Below the pieces are notes generated by a model that worked only from the letters and a program-made list of their open reading frames with translations, was not told the origin of the DNA and ran no database searches. 64,000 nt of DNA, taken from the IMG/VR virus record IMGVR_UViG_3300044644_001125, positions 186,001-250,000 of that record; one strand, 5' to 3'. The position numbers and the translations under genes are program-made. Positions 39,753 to 48,938 of the stretch are shown here, in pieces (the first letter of the stretch is position 1; each line of letters opens with the position of its first letter).

Positions 39753-40040
39753 ATGAAAAGCATTGACGTATACAAACCAACCCACGATGATTGGTACCCT
39801 TCATACCAAGTAGAAGGTTGGGATAACCTACAACTTGTTTGTGTTTCCTTTATTCAGACTGGTCCAGATCCAGCAAGGGGGAATGGCCAATGGCGTGTTT
39901 GCGTTTGGGGTGCAGATGATTGCGGTATGGAAAGAGACTACGACGATCGCAGTGAAGCTATGACTATGTTCTATCGCGTTATCAGTTGGGAGTTTGTAGA
40001 CCTTAAGTTGCTACGTGAACATGGGTTTGTTAGTGCATGA
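39753..40040 (+). CDS. hypothetical protein
   Basis: AGGA SD; unrelated to its neighbours. Confidence 0.65.
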   Translation: MKSIDVYKPTHDDWYPSYQVEGWDNLQLVCVSFIQTGPDPARGNGQWRVCVWGADDCGMERDYDDRSEAMTMFYRVISWEFVDLKLLREHGFVSA

Positions 40041-40330
40041 AATATGAAATCGCGCCTAAATCCACTGAAACCTATTTAAATTGGGGTGATGCCCGTTTGT
40101 ATTGTTTTGCTCTTAATATCGATGGAAAAACCGGTTGGCGATTGCCTACTATCAATGAACTTATCGAAATCTATTATTCGCAACATGATTTAAGAATGGA
40201 TAATTACTGGTCATCTACAGTTGCATGTGACGATACCTACGCAGAAATGTTTGCATTTCACAGGCATATCGAACGTAGAGGTTCAAAATCATGGGGTCAA
40301 TACGTTAGAGCAGTTAGGTCTATTGCTTGA
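40037..40330 (+). CDS. DUF1566/Lcl-like paralog 5
   Basis: GWRLPT..EL, YWSST, YVRAVR. Confidence 0.85.
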   Translation: MKYEIAPKSTETYLNWGDARLYCFALNIDGKTGWRLPTINELIEIYYSQHDLRMDNYWSSTVACDDTYAEMFAFHRHIERRGSKSWGQYVRAVRSIA

Positions 40331-40431
40331 GGTTTATTGCTGGTTTTGGGTTATTATTGTGTGTTGCGAGCACCGCTAGGTGCGAGCTTGTTATAATGAA
40401 AAGGGCCCACATGCGTGAGCCCCATTATCTT

Positions 40432-41595
40432 TTAATCCAACCGTTTACATTTCCAGCCGCCTCGATGGGTTTCTCTAACGCCATTGGAAACTTTTTGCAT
40501 ACCTCGGTATGATAAATTATTATCTTTACAGAATTGACGCATATCACCAACTTTGAAAACTTCACCTTGTGGGTTAATGACATCCCAGTAAACTGGTGTT
40601 CGTTCAACTCGATAATTGATACAGGTCCAACCATGATAATGGCGTTGAGAACCAGATGCCACTTTACACATAGCAGAATAACTAAGGTCATGTTCTACAC
40701 AAAACTTTTTAAAATCATCTGGACAATGGACATTGCCATCTGGGTCAGTGGCCTCCCATTTACACATAGTCGTCAGTCGTTCCGTTTCTAAATGCTTACA
40801 CTTCCAACCACGATGTGTATCTTGTCTGCCATTTGATACGTCTTTCATACACCCTGGATTCAATCCATTTTCTCTACAAAAACGTTCAAGATTTTTAATT
40901 TGAAATACAACACCTAACGGATTTGTAAGTTCCCAATGTTGATCGTGAGGATGATCCATCGTGTTTTTATCCAGCTTCACTTTGGTATTTTTGCGAATCA
41001 CTTCTTCACGAACCTCTTGTGGCGTGCTCAAACACACGCAAGTCCATCCTTTGTGATTCGTTATTTTTCCTTTATCAACCGCATTCATACATGATCGATT
41101 TAACCCGTTGTCCCTGCAATATTTTTCAAGATTGTTAATCTCAATAACTTCGCCGGTTGGAGATGTCAATCTCCAGCGTTTAGTTGCTCGAATCTTCGTA
41201 ACCGTGTTGTTTTTCAACCTAGTTTGATACCCTTTCTTCGCACTCTTACTGGTAGTAACAAATTTCACAGTACCACCATTGTCAACACAATGTTTATTCA
41301 ATGAAAGTGGTTCTTTTCGATGTTTCTTGATGATATCCTGTTCGTACCAATAAACCGCATCAACGTCAGTAGATTCAAATATAATCTCATATTCAAATGC
41401 ACCTTTCCCGTATTCATCGATTAATGCTTCGACATAAGTACTACTAGTAAAGTAGTAAATCCAAAAATCATCTTTTGGTAGTCGTTTTCGATCGATATTT
41501 AATTTACGGTATCCGTAATAGAACTGACCTGTTGGTTTGCATACAAGTTTATACACGTATGCTGGCACACCCGTGCCGTTTTGATAAATACTCAT
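40432..41595 (-). CDS. free-standing GIY-YIG/Seg-like homing endonuclease with repeated C-terminal DNA-binding modules
   Basis: YVYKL....G.FYYGYR...YFTSS; four W.L..P.G....NL..FC..NGL...M..V..G...H.GW.C units; TATAAATA at 41653-41660 (minus). Confidence 0.75.
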   Translation of the reverse strand: MSIYQNGTGVPAYVYKLVCKPTGQFYYGYRKLNIDRKRLPKDDFWIYYFTSSTYVEALIDEYGKGAFEYEIIFESTDVDAVYWYEQDIIKKHRKEPLSLNKHCVDNGGTVKFVTTSKSAKKGYQTRLKNNTVTKIRATKRWRLTSPTGEVIEINNLEKYCRDNGLNRSCMNAVDKGKITNHKGWTCVCLSTPQEVREEVIRKNTKVKLDKNTMDHPHDQHWELTNPLGVVFQIKNLERFCRENGLNPGCMKDVSNGRQDTHRGWKCKHLETERLTTMCKWEATDPDGNVHCPDDFKKFCVEHDLSYSAMCKVASGSQRHYHGWTCINYRVERTPVYWDVINPQGEVFKVGDMRQFCKDNNLSYRGMQKVSNGVRETHRGGWKCKRLD

Positions 41596-41703
41596 GCTGA
41601 TGTTTCCTCTAAATGTTAGATTGGTTGGGCTTTACCGAGCCGCGAACCTACTACTATTTATACGGAATACAAAAAAGAGCCCGTTAAGGCTCTTTTTTTC
41701 ACA

Positions 41704-42138
41704 TCAAGAATCTAATTGTTTACATGTCCATCCCTTGTGACTTTTCCTAACTCCCCGTGATACCTTTCCCATAGTAGACGGATCTAAGCCATTTTCTTTA
41801 CAAAACAGTTCAAGATTACGTATTGTGAATGTGTTGCCTTCAGAATTAGTTAATTCCCAAGTTTTGGTATTAGCCTCGTTTGCAGCTGCCATTGATAAAT
41901 TACCATTTGCAATCCGCGATGCCAATGATTTCTGCGCATTTTCTTTGGTTATCCCACGTTCTCTACAAGTTATCGCAGCTTTATCAGCAGCTATCTGAAA
42001 TGTTCCGTTATTAGTTTTAGTAACTTTTGCTTTTGCCGCACCGGTCACATACGAGTTATTAGCCAATCTAGTTTCACGGATCTTTTGTCCAACTGTTTTA
42101 GTTTCTGCTGTGGTTTCTGTATCTTCAGTCATGTTCAC
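41704..42138 (-). CDS. endonuclease-associated repeat-domain protein without nuclease domain
   Basis: One copy of the same W.L...G..F..NL..FC..NGL module. Confidence 0.65.
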   Translation of the reverse strand: MNMTEDTETTAETKTVGQKIRETRLANNSYVTGAAKAKVTKTNNGTFQIAADKAAITCRERGITKENAQKSLASRIANGNLSMAAANEANTKTWELTNSEGNTFTIRNLELFCKENGLDPSTMGKVSRGVRKSHKGWTCKQLDS

Positions 42139-42236
42139 CTCTGATTAATATTCAAAAAGAATTCATATTATACTATATATTCGCGAGGCACGCTAGTGCC
42201 GAGCCATTGAAAAAGGGCCCGAAGGCCCTTTCTTGG

Positions 42237-43793
42237 TTAATCATCTTCACCATAATATCGCAATACTTCTGCAACGACCTTTGATCTTTCAATATCAGAA
42301 TGATTAAAATGAACAATCGAGATTGCTGAATCTGCTTCCTTTGCACTTTCATACAATTCCATGAAATTCCTCAATCCATTACGATCACCCCTATCACTCT
42401 GCGCTAAATCACCCGTAATTATCAATTTACTCGACGAAGCTATTCGAGTAAGAAGCATTTTCATTTGATTGGGTGTGGTTAACTGCGCCTCATCTGCAAT
42501 AATAACTGAATTCTGTAAGTTTCGCCCTCTAAGGCACCCTATTAATGCAAATTCAATAACTTTTTCATTGACATAATGATTTACCGTATCTGGACTCCAA
42601 TTATCTTCAAGTATATCAACGATGCTCAATACATACGGTTCGATTTTATCACGTACTCCGCCCGGTAAGGCACCAATAATTTCATCAGTAGCGTATAGCG
42701 GTCTAGCAATCACCAGTTTATCATATTTTCCCTTTTTTAACTGATCAATTCCATACTGCACTGCTAATAAAGTGTTGTGATTCACAATAAACTCATCAGT
42801 AACATACAGATGATCCTCACTATCAATCAAGATACACTGACATTCTTCCATCTCAGCTTCTACAACTGAGAGCACTGGCATTAACTCTAAAGGACTCTCA
42901 ACGATACTAAACCGAATATGAACACCAGTGTCTTTGATACAAGCAGAACCACCGATAGAACGAACTAAGTAGACAACCGAGTCTTGTAACAAGGCACCAG
43001 CAGTAAAGACTAGGTTACCAGAATCGACAGCATGGATGCTGGTATCGAGTAGACCTTGTAGTAATTTAACTTTTTGTGAACGAGAAGCGTTGAGATATTC
43101 CGCTGGGATAGCTTTATCGTCTTTTAAAAGCATAGTACCTAATTGGAAAGGGTCGATTGGTAGTTCTACATCGTCCATGATTTCGTGTTTAGGTAGGCGA
43201 ATATAAGGCATAATAGAGCCATGATAACGCAGTTTAAGTAGTTCTAGCGTATTGATGACTGCAGGTTTATTATCAATGAATACTTCCCATAGGTGTTCTG
43301 CGCAGGCTAGAGTAGAACGACCATCGTGCAAGGTGATTGAATACGTTTGTTTACTACCTTGTGGGAATAAGCCGACGACATTAGCGGTATTACCATCAGG
43401 AGTAGTGACTTTATCACCTACTGCGATATCACCCATAGTAGTCCACCCGCCAGGGATTTTGATTTTGGAGGTTAGCGGTTGAGCTTTACCAGTACCAGCT
43501 GGACCGATAGCAAAAACAATTTGTTTTTTAGGATTGTTAAGTTCCATTAAGTATTGTTCTTGGCTAAGGTTTTTGGGGTGAATTTGAACCCGTTTACGTT
43601 TAGCAGCCAACCGTTGATCGATTGACATTTGTTGTGGGTCTGGTTGTTGCTGGTGGTTTTGTTGATGGGACTGCTGGTGATTTCTACTGGAGTTTTTACT
43701 ACGGGCTTTTTTGCTTTGGGGTGGGGTGTTTGGTTCATGCGTTTCGTTGAAATACTCGCGTGAATCCGTGTGTCTTGATCTTTTTCTCGTCAT
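42237..43793 (-). CDS. phoH: PhoH-family ATPase with intein
   Basis: GPAGTGK|...|TLLA, IARP, GALPG, RGR, IIADEAQ, RI, ITGD..QSD, DIERS. Confidence 0.92.
   Translation of the reverse strand: MTRKRSRHTDSREYFNETHEPNTPPQSKKARSKNSSRNHQQSHQQNHQQQPDPQQMSIDQRLAAKRKRVQIHPKNLSQEQYLMELNNPKKQIVFAIGPAGTGKAQPLTSKIKIPGGWTTMGDIAVGDKVTTPDGNTANVVGLFPQGSKQTYSITLHDGRSTLACAEHLWEVFIDNKPAVINTLELLKLRYHGSIMPYIRLPKHEIMDDVELPIDPFQLGTMLLKDDKAIPAEYLNASRSQKVKLLQGLLDTSIHAVDSGNLVFTAGALLQDSVVYLVRSIGGSACIKDTGVHIRFSIVESPLELMPVLSVVEAEMEECQCILIDSEDHLYVTDEFIVNHNTLLAVQYGIDQLKKGKYDKLVIARPLYATDEIIGALPGGVRDKIEPYVLSIVDILEDNWSPDTVNHYVNEKVIEFALIGCLRGRNLQNSVIIADEAQLTTPNQMKMLLTRIASSSKLIITGDLAQSDRGDRNGLRNFMELYESAKEADSAISIVHFNHSDIERSKVVAEVLRYYGEDD
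42774..43484 (-). mobile_element. intein in PhoH Walker A (237 aa, Ala1, class-3-like)
   Basis: GK|AQPLTSKIKIPGGW...ACAEHLW...CQCILID...VNHN|T; decayed LAGLIDADG-like LLQGLLDTS. Confidence 0.9.
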
Positions 43794-43965
43794 GCTTTGA
43801 AGTCCTTTTTGGTTGAAGTTTGAACTGCGTTAAGTACTGCACTGCTTGTATTTAGTTATTGGATAGGTTATGATATGCCACGGCTCGCACCTATCGGTGC
43901 TCGCGACAATACACAATAATACAGGCTCGCGAGAATACAATGCAATACAATACAGTAATATATGC

Positions 43966-43993
43966 TTGACATCAGTTATCTTTTAGTTATAAT
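43966..43993 (+). promoter_or_regulatory. sigma70-type early promoter, Lcl cluster 2
   Basis: TTGACA-TCAGTTATCTTTTAGT-TATAAT; near-identical copy at 50432. Confidence 0.85.
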
Positions 43994-44021
43994 ACGCAAA
44001 ACTCAACTAATAGGAACCAAC

Positions 44022-44288
44022 ATGAAATACTATCAACATACTGTTTACATACGCGAAGATTCCACTGGGTTAACTGCGCATCGTAACGCAGGCGATTCAG
44101 AATGGGGTGAAATAGAAAGCTGTTCTGAAAAACTAGATGTGGTTTGGGTTTGTTGTAATGAGTTTGGTAAGGAAATACATAAAATATACGACAATCGTAT
44201 AGATGCTGAGTCTTATGCCTGTTCTTGCAATCGCTTTAGAGGCGATGATTCTGAAAACGTAATTGTAGAATGTTTGGAAATCCTATGA
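44022..44288 (+). CDS. hypothetical protein
   Basis: AGGA SD, ATG 44022. Confidence 0.65.
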   Translation: MKYYQHTVYIREDSTGLTAHRNAGDSEWGEIESCSEKLDVVWVCCNEFGKEIHKIYDNRIDAESYACSCNRFRGDDSENVIVECLEIL

Positions 44289-44578
44289 ACTTTGAAATAG
44301 CACCAAAAGAAACCGAGATCCAAGCCAACTGGGATGATGCCCGATTGTATTGTTTTGCTCTTAATATTGATGGTAAGACTGGATGGAGATTACCAACCAA
44401 AGACGAATTGAATGAAATATATCAATCAAAAAATGATTTTGAGGAGGAATGGTATTGGTCCTCTACTGAGTGCAATGACGATAACGCCTGGGGTCAGTGT
44501 TTCTACGGCGGAGCCCATTCCGACGGCGATAAGAACTACGGCGACATCTACGTTAGAGCAGTTAGAGATATAACATGA
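44285..44578 (+). CDS. DUF1566/Lcl paralog 6 with DGR-type variable region
   Basis: WSSTE-CNDDN-AW-GQC-F-YG-G...K...YVRAVR; NNC/NNT codons. Confidence 0.88.
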   Translation: MNFEIAPKETEIQANWDDARLYCFALNIDGKTGWRLPTKDELNEIYQSKNDFEEEWYWSSTECNDDNAWGQCFYGGAHSDGDKNYGDIYVRAVRDIT

Positions 44579-44865
44579 AATTCGAAATAGCACCAAAATC
44601 GACTGAAATCCGAACCAACTGGGATAATGCAAGATTGTATAGTTTCTTTCTTACAATCGATGGAAAATCAGGATGGAGGTTACCTACTAAAAACGAATTT
44701 AGTGAAATTTGGAAATCCGATAACGATTTCGATGGTTGGTATTGGTCTTCGACCGAAATTGATACCACACGCGCCTGGGTAAAAAGTTTCTTGTCAAACA
44801 GTTTTCACAAGGCAAATAAACTTGATGATAAGATTATAACTAGGTTAGTTCGGGATTTACTATGA
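44575..44865 (+). CDS. DUF1566/Lcl paralog 7
   Basis: GWRLPT, YWSSTE, AW..SF. Confidence 0.85.
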   Translation: MKFEIAPKSTEIRTNWDNARLYSFFLTIDGKSGWRLPTKNEFSEIWKSDNDFDGWYWSSTEIDTTRAWVKSFLSNSFHKANKLDDKIITRLVRDLL

Positions 44866-45158
44866 AATTCGAAATAGCACCAAAAGAAACCGAGATACTA
44901 GCCAACTGGGATGATGCCAGATTGTATTGTTTTGCTCTTCGTATAGATGGTAAAACAGGATGGCGGTTGCCAACCAAGAAAGAGTTGAATATAATGGTTG
45001 ATTTTCTCAATGGTAATGATTATTATTGGACTAGCGAAGAATGGGGTGATGTAAGCATTTGGGTTCAAAAAGGCTTCGCGTATCGAGGAATTCACCACCA
45101 GTTTCATGCCCATCGTGAAAGTAAAAATAAGGTTAGAGCCGTGAGATCTAAAAGATAA
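44862..45158 (+). CDS. DUF1566/Lcl paralog 8
   Basis: GWRLPT, YWTS, VRAVR. Confidence 0.82.
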   Translation: MKFEIAPKETEILANWDDARLYCFALRIDGKTGWRLPTKKELNIMVDFLNGNDYYWTSEEWGDVSIWVQKGFAYRGIHHQFHAHRESKNKVRAVRSKR

Positions 45159-45379
45159 TGAAATCAAAAATTGAAATAGCACCTACATCAGAAAATTGGT
45201 TATCATACGATGAGGCATTGCTATATTGCTTTGCCTTGAACATCGATGGTAAGATTGGATGGAGAATGCCAACTGACAAAGAATTTCAATACCATTATAA
45301 CATACGAGGATGGTACTTAAATGAGCAATGTCCAGAACCATTACCCGTAACACCAGTGCGAGATCTAAAAGATGATTGA
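45158..45379 (+). CDS. DUF1566/Lcl paralog 9 (internally shortened)
   Basis: YCFALNIDGKIGWRMPT, TPVRDLKD. Confidence 0.75.
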   Translation: MKSKIEIAPTSENWLSYDEALLYCFALNIDGKIGWRMPTDKEFQYHYNIRGWYLNEQCPEPLPVTPVRDLKDD

Positions 45380-45602
45380 AATAGCACCTGAAGTATATTG
45401 GAAAAAGTTAAACTATTACGAGGCAATCATGTACTGCTTTAGTCTGAATATTGATGGTAAAATAGGTTGGAGATTACCTAATAGTGTTGAATACGAACTT
45501 ACTGAAAAAACTGGATGGGTAGTTGAAGACTTGCACACTTTTCCCAATACTTTTAAGTTACGTGTTCAGTTTTTAACAACCCCAGTGCGAGATATAACAT
45601 GA
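45372..45602 (+). CDS. DUF1566/Lcl paralog 10 (shortened)
   Basis: YCFSLNIDGKIGWRLP, TPVRDI. Confidence 0.75.
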   Translation: MIEIAPEVYWKKLNYYEAIMYCFSLNIDGKIGWRLPNSVEYELTEKTGWVVEDLHTFPNTFKLRVQFLTTPVRDIT

Positions 45603-45862
45603 ACTTTGAGTTTGCAAACGAGAAATATTGGAAAGATTTGACATTCGATGAAGCTAAGATGTATTGCTTCTCTCTTACGATTAATGGTAAGACTGGTTGG
45701 AGATTACCGACTAGTGCAGAACATGCCTTAATTGGTGTGACTCTGTGGGAACAATTTAATCAACTGAGAAGTTCATGCTATCTTTTTTGGGATAGTGAGA
45801 GTGAAAGTAATACCACTGAAGTTTCGAATACCATACCAGTGCGAGATATAATCGATGATTGA
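45599..45862 (+). CDS. DUF1566/Lcl paralog 11
   Basis: YCFSL.INGKTGWRLPT, IPVRDI. Confidence 0.75.
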   Translation: MNFEFANEKYWKDLTFDEAKMYCFSLTINGKTGWRLPTSAEHALIGVTLWEQFNQLRSSCYLFWDSESESNTTEVSNTIPVRDIIDD

Positions 45863-46106
45863 AGTAGGAAAACCACCAGAAAACCGAATGTCGTATGTAG
45901 ATGCTGTGTTGTATTGTTTTTGTTTAGGTGATGGTTGGAGACTGCCAACCCTTGACGAATACAAAGCCATTGAACATGTTATGTGGTACCAAAATGATGA
46001 TTTACAAGATAGTCCCTGTGAATTTCACGTAATACCAGTTAGAGATATTGAACCTACTATGATTAATAGAATACTTTGTCTGATTCACCCAAGGTTTAAA
46101 AGATGA
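45855..46106 (+). CDS. DUF1566/Lcl paralog 12 (shortened)
   Basis: YCFCLGDGWRLPT, IPVRDI. Confidence 0.72.
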   Translation: MIEVGKPPENRMSYVDAVLYCFCLGDGWRLPTLDEYKAIEHVMWYQNDDLQDSPCEFHVIPVRDIEPTMINRILCLIHPRFKR

Positions 46107-46396
46107 TTGAAATAGCACCTAAAGAATATTGGAAAACTGACTTGAATTGGTACGAAGCCAAGATGTATTGTTTTTGTCTTGATATAGATGGTAAAACCGG
46201 TTGGCATTTGCCTGATATGAATTATTTCCACACAAACAAAGTCACACGAGCTGTCAATGATTGGTACTGGACTTCCGAGGACCTTGGATCGGATGCAATG
46301 CAAGTGCGTCCATACGGAATGCACTTTATCGAATGGGACAAGAATGATGCTGGACCTGCTGTTACTATGCCGGTAAGAGATCTAAAAGATAATTGA
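46103..46396 (+). CDS. DUF1566/Lcl paralog 13
   Basis: YCFCLDIDGKTGWHLP, WYWTS, MPVRDLKD. Confidence 0.78.
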   Translation: MIEIAPKEYWKTDLNWYEAKMYCFCLDIDGKTGWHLPDMNYFHTNKVTRAVNDWYWTSEDLGSDAMQVRPYGMHFIEWDKNDAGPAVTMPVRDLKDN

Positions 46397-46405
46397 AAAT
46401 AAAGG

Positions 46406-46517
46406 TTGACATTACTGCTCAATAGAGTTACAATTAACTATATTATGAAATTACCCAAAAGAAGTTAACGAGAAACCTTGAAAAAAGGTTGACAGTCCCC
46501 ATAATCTAAGTTATACT
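46406..46517 (+). promoter_or_regulatory. two tandem sigma70 promoters facing a non-coding region
   Basis: TTGACA-17-TACAAT (46406-46434) and TTGACA-17-TATACT (46489-46517). Confidence 0.75.
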
Positions 46518-46649
46518 TAATCATATTCTACTCAAAAGCAGTTTACCGAGACCATCTCAAATCCATACCGACACCAAGTCTATTACTCAATTATCTTTTA
46601 GAGACCATCTCAATACTAATTCAATTATCTTTTAGGCACCCGCCAAACT

Positions 46650-47092
46650 TGCTCGTCGAATTACTAGATAGAACATAGAAAGACGAGAGAATTGCTAAGA
46701 AAGCCGCGCACAGGCGACCATTACGTGCCCTTAAACCCTAGTCTACTTGTCACATAGGGGATGGAAGTTCCGAATTTAGCAACGGAGATGTAACTCACTA
46801 CCCCACCAGATGAGTTATGGGATATGCCTTCATACAACCCATTTGAGTTACAGCAAAAAGATATAACAAAGGCTAAAGATGGGTTGAGAAAACCCGCGTT
46901 TGTTGGATGAGGTAGCAGTTGTTCAGCAAGCCACCGTCAGATTAATAAGACTGAGCTCGAGGTACCGGCTGACCGCCTCTGTAATGCTCTACTGCTGCTG
47001 TGATGCGATACTTGTACGCAGAACCTTTCATAGTTGTTCCATGAAAGTGCTTTGAATTAACCCGAGTTTTTCGGGTTAAGATGTTCCGCTCC
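46650..47092 (+). ncRNA. candidate large structured non-coding RNA
   Basis: ORF-free, GC-richer; stems CCCTA/TAGGG, TCCG/CGGA, GTAACTCA/TGAGTTAC, GGGTT/AACCC, GTAGCAGT/ACTGCTGC, TCAG/CTGA, GAGG/CCTC, TGCG/CGCA, CTTTCAT/ATGAAAG, TTAACCCGA/TCGGGTTAA. Confidence 0.6.
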
Positions 47093-47159
47093 ACATACCG
47101 CAGTATTAAAAGCCTCTATTATTAAAGCTATTAATGATTCTATTATAAATCTATTATTG

Positions 47160-47540
47160 TAGGAGCACCTAAAAGATAATAGATTCTACTTTATCTTCCC
47201 TTATATCCTACCTGCTTAAGCCACGCGCACATACATTTTGAACCTAAAAGATAATTGCCTTATAGCTGTTTCCATTCGCGCACATACATTTTAGATGCAT
47301 TCGAACCCATACATTTTAGCTTTTTACCAGATGCACACATACATTATAAACTCCATACGAACACATACATTTTAAACTAAAAGATAATTCAATTAATAAC
47401 TCAACTATAAGATCATTAATACAAAACATCATAACTAAAAGATAATAGATCAAATATAAACATCATCTATAAGACAATCATCTTTTAGTAATAGACATCA
47501 TCTATAAGTCTATAATAGTTTAATCATCTTTTAGTATTAT
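47160..47540. repeat. AT-rich iteron-like repeat region (candidate origin)
   Basis: 5x CATACATT, 4x CTAAAAGATAAT then 2x inverted ATCATCTTTTAG, 2x ACATCATCTATAAG. Confidence 0.65.
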
Positions 47541-47686
47541 TCTTTTAAATGGACAGTTACGTCCAAAATCTGGTGGGTTCAATTATCTATTTCATTTCTA
47601 TATGTGCGAGCGCGAATAGCGCGAGCTATCAGAGATACATTCAACAACCAATCCAAAATCGCCTAAATACGACAATAGGAGAATTT

Positions 47687-48220
47687 ATGGCAACAGACAT
47701 TAAAGACGTAATACAGAATATTGAACAGATTTATGGTTCTAATAACAGTCTCGCTTTGCTAAAAGATTTCGAACGGGTTATAGATGAATTAGACACATAT
47801 GTCTATGATAACTGGATTGATGGTGAATTAGTTGTTGGACCAAATGAAAGTCGTTACTTTGTTGAATGTACTTTTATGTGGCCTAAAAAGCAAATGCCAG
47901 AACCCATTGGTGGATTAAGACTAATGGAGTATGGGTGTAAAGTTGAGTTTGCTAGTTCCCATTTTTCAAGAGTTCGAAAGATTAAGAAAGTTGATGACAT
48001 CAGACCAGGCACGCGTAAAGGTAAGATTGACCGCGAAGAAGTTTGGCTAGTTAAAATTGGCATGCCAAAGAAACTCATGACTGATATCACACGTGGTTAT
48101 ACTAATTTGGATAAAAACAAGTTAGATGATATTGCTACGATGAATCGTGGAGTGAATGCGCATGTTGACCCAGCTGAAACACAAGCAATGGAGGCTGAGA
48201 ATGAACTTCCACCACTCTAA
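47687..48220 (+). CDS. conserved phage hypothetical protein
   Basis: Late promoter, AGGAG SD, ATG 47687. Confidence 0.75.
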   Translation: MATDIKDVIQNIEQIYGSNNSLALLKDFERVIDELDTYVYDNWIDGELVVGPNESRYFVECTFMWPKKQMPEPIGGLRLMEYGCKVEFASSHFSRVRKIKKVDDIRPGTRKGKIDREEVWLVKIGMPKKLMTDITRGYTNLDKNKLDDIATMNRGVNAHVDPAETQAMEAENELPPL

Positions 48221-48938
48221 CTTAACCGAAGGGTTAAGACCTTTAGATTTAGAACATATGATTTACCCATTCTTTGAGATTGATACGTATCGGTCTAAGA
48301 TGGGTGAAGATCAAGATGTTTGTGTTTTGAGTTTCCAACTTAAAGATAGATCACCTGCCAAAGACTTAATGGATTTCATTGAAAAAGGATACCATTATGT
48401 GTTGGATGCTGATGTAAGTGCTGGTGAATCGAATGCAGGTGATTACTATGTATTCGTTGAATTACCAAGAGAATCTCATTTAGCCAATCATATCACTGAA
48501 ATCTTATATGGCGTTACTAAGTTGACTGGTATTAAAGACTTTAAGTTCAAGTTTCATACCAATGAAGCTGAACACGAAGCCAATGAAGAAACTTTAACTG
48601 CTATAGTTCCGTCTAGCCCAGCTGACTACGTTGCTATGTTAGGTGATATCAGAACTGAAGGCATTCGTAAATTCTTTACAAAGACTTTAATGGATGATTT
48701 TACCTTAGAAGACGATGTTATCACTATTGTAAAACCTTATGGTAATCGAATCAAACTTCGATTGGTACAAGAGAATGCCATTTTAGAAGGTACTGAAGGT
48801 TATGCAATGGATGAAGCCACTATGAGTGAAATCTTTTGGTTAACTAAAGTACTAGGTGATTATAACATCAACAAAATAGGTGAGAACTTTGTGTTTACTA
48901 ACGATTCAAACACAATGCTATTGAAAAGGATTGACTAA
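48201..48938 (+). CDS. hypothetical protein (LTE-G leader)
   Basis: GAGG SD, ATG 48201. Confidence 0.72.
   Translation: MNFHHSNLTEGLRPLDLEHMIYPFFEIDTYRSKMGEDQDVCVLSFQLKDRSPAKDLMDFIEKGYHYVLDADVSAGESNAGDYYVFVELPRESHLANHITEILYGVTKLTGIKDFKFKFHTNEAEHEANEETLTAIVPSSPADYVAMLGDIRTEGIRKFFTKTLMDDFTLEDDVITIVKPYGNRIKLRLVQENAILEGTEGYAMDEATMSEIFWLTKVLGDYNINKIGENFVFTNDSNTMLLKRID

Noticed and set aside
43620-43690. CAA/CAG-rich tract as a DGR template
   Set aside because: It is the in-frame poly-Q segment of phoH and does not match the VRs
46650-47092. DGR template repeat or group I intron
   Set aside because: No AAC-rich match to the VR consensus on either strand; AAGATATAAC only partly resembles the group I S element; no interrupted gene
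47160-47540. CRISPR or mini-array
   Set aside because: Repeats are 8-14 nt and irregularly spaced; no cas genes
47549-47686. Longer N-terminus of the 47687 gene
   Set aside because: It spans a hairpin element and a late promoter; the SD supports ATG 47687
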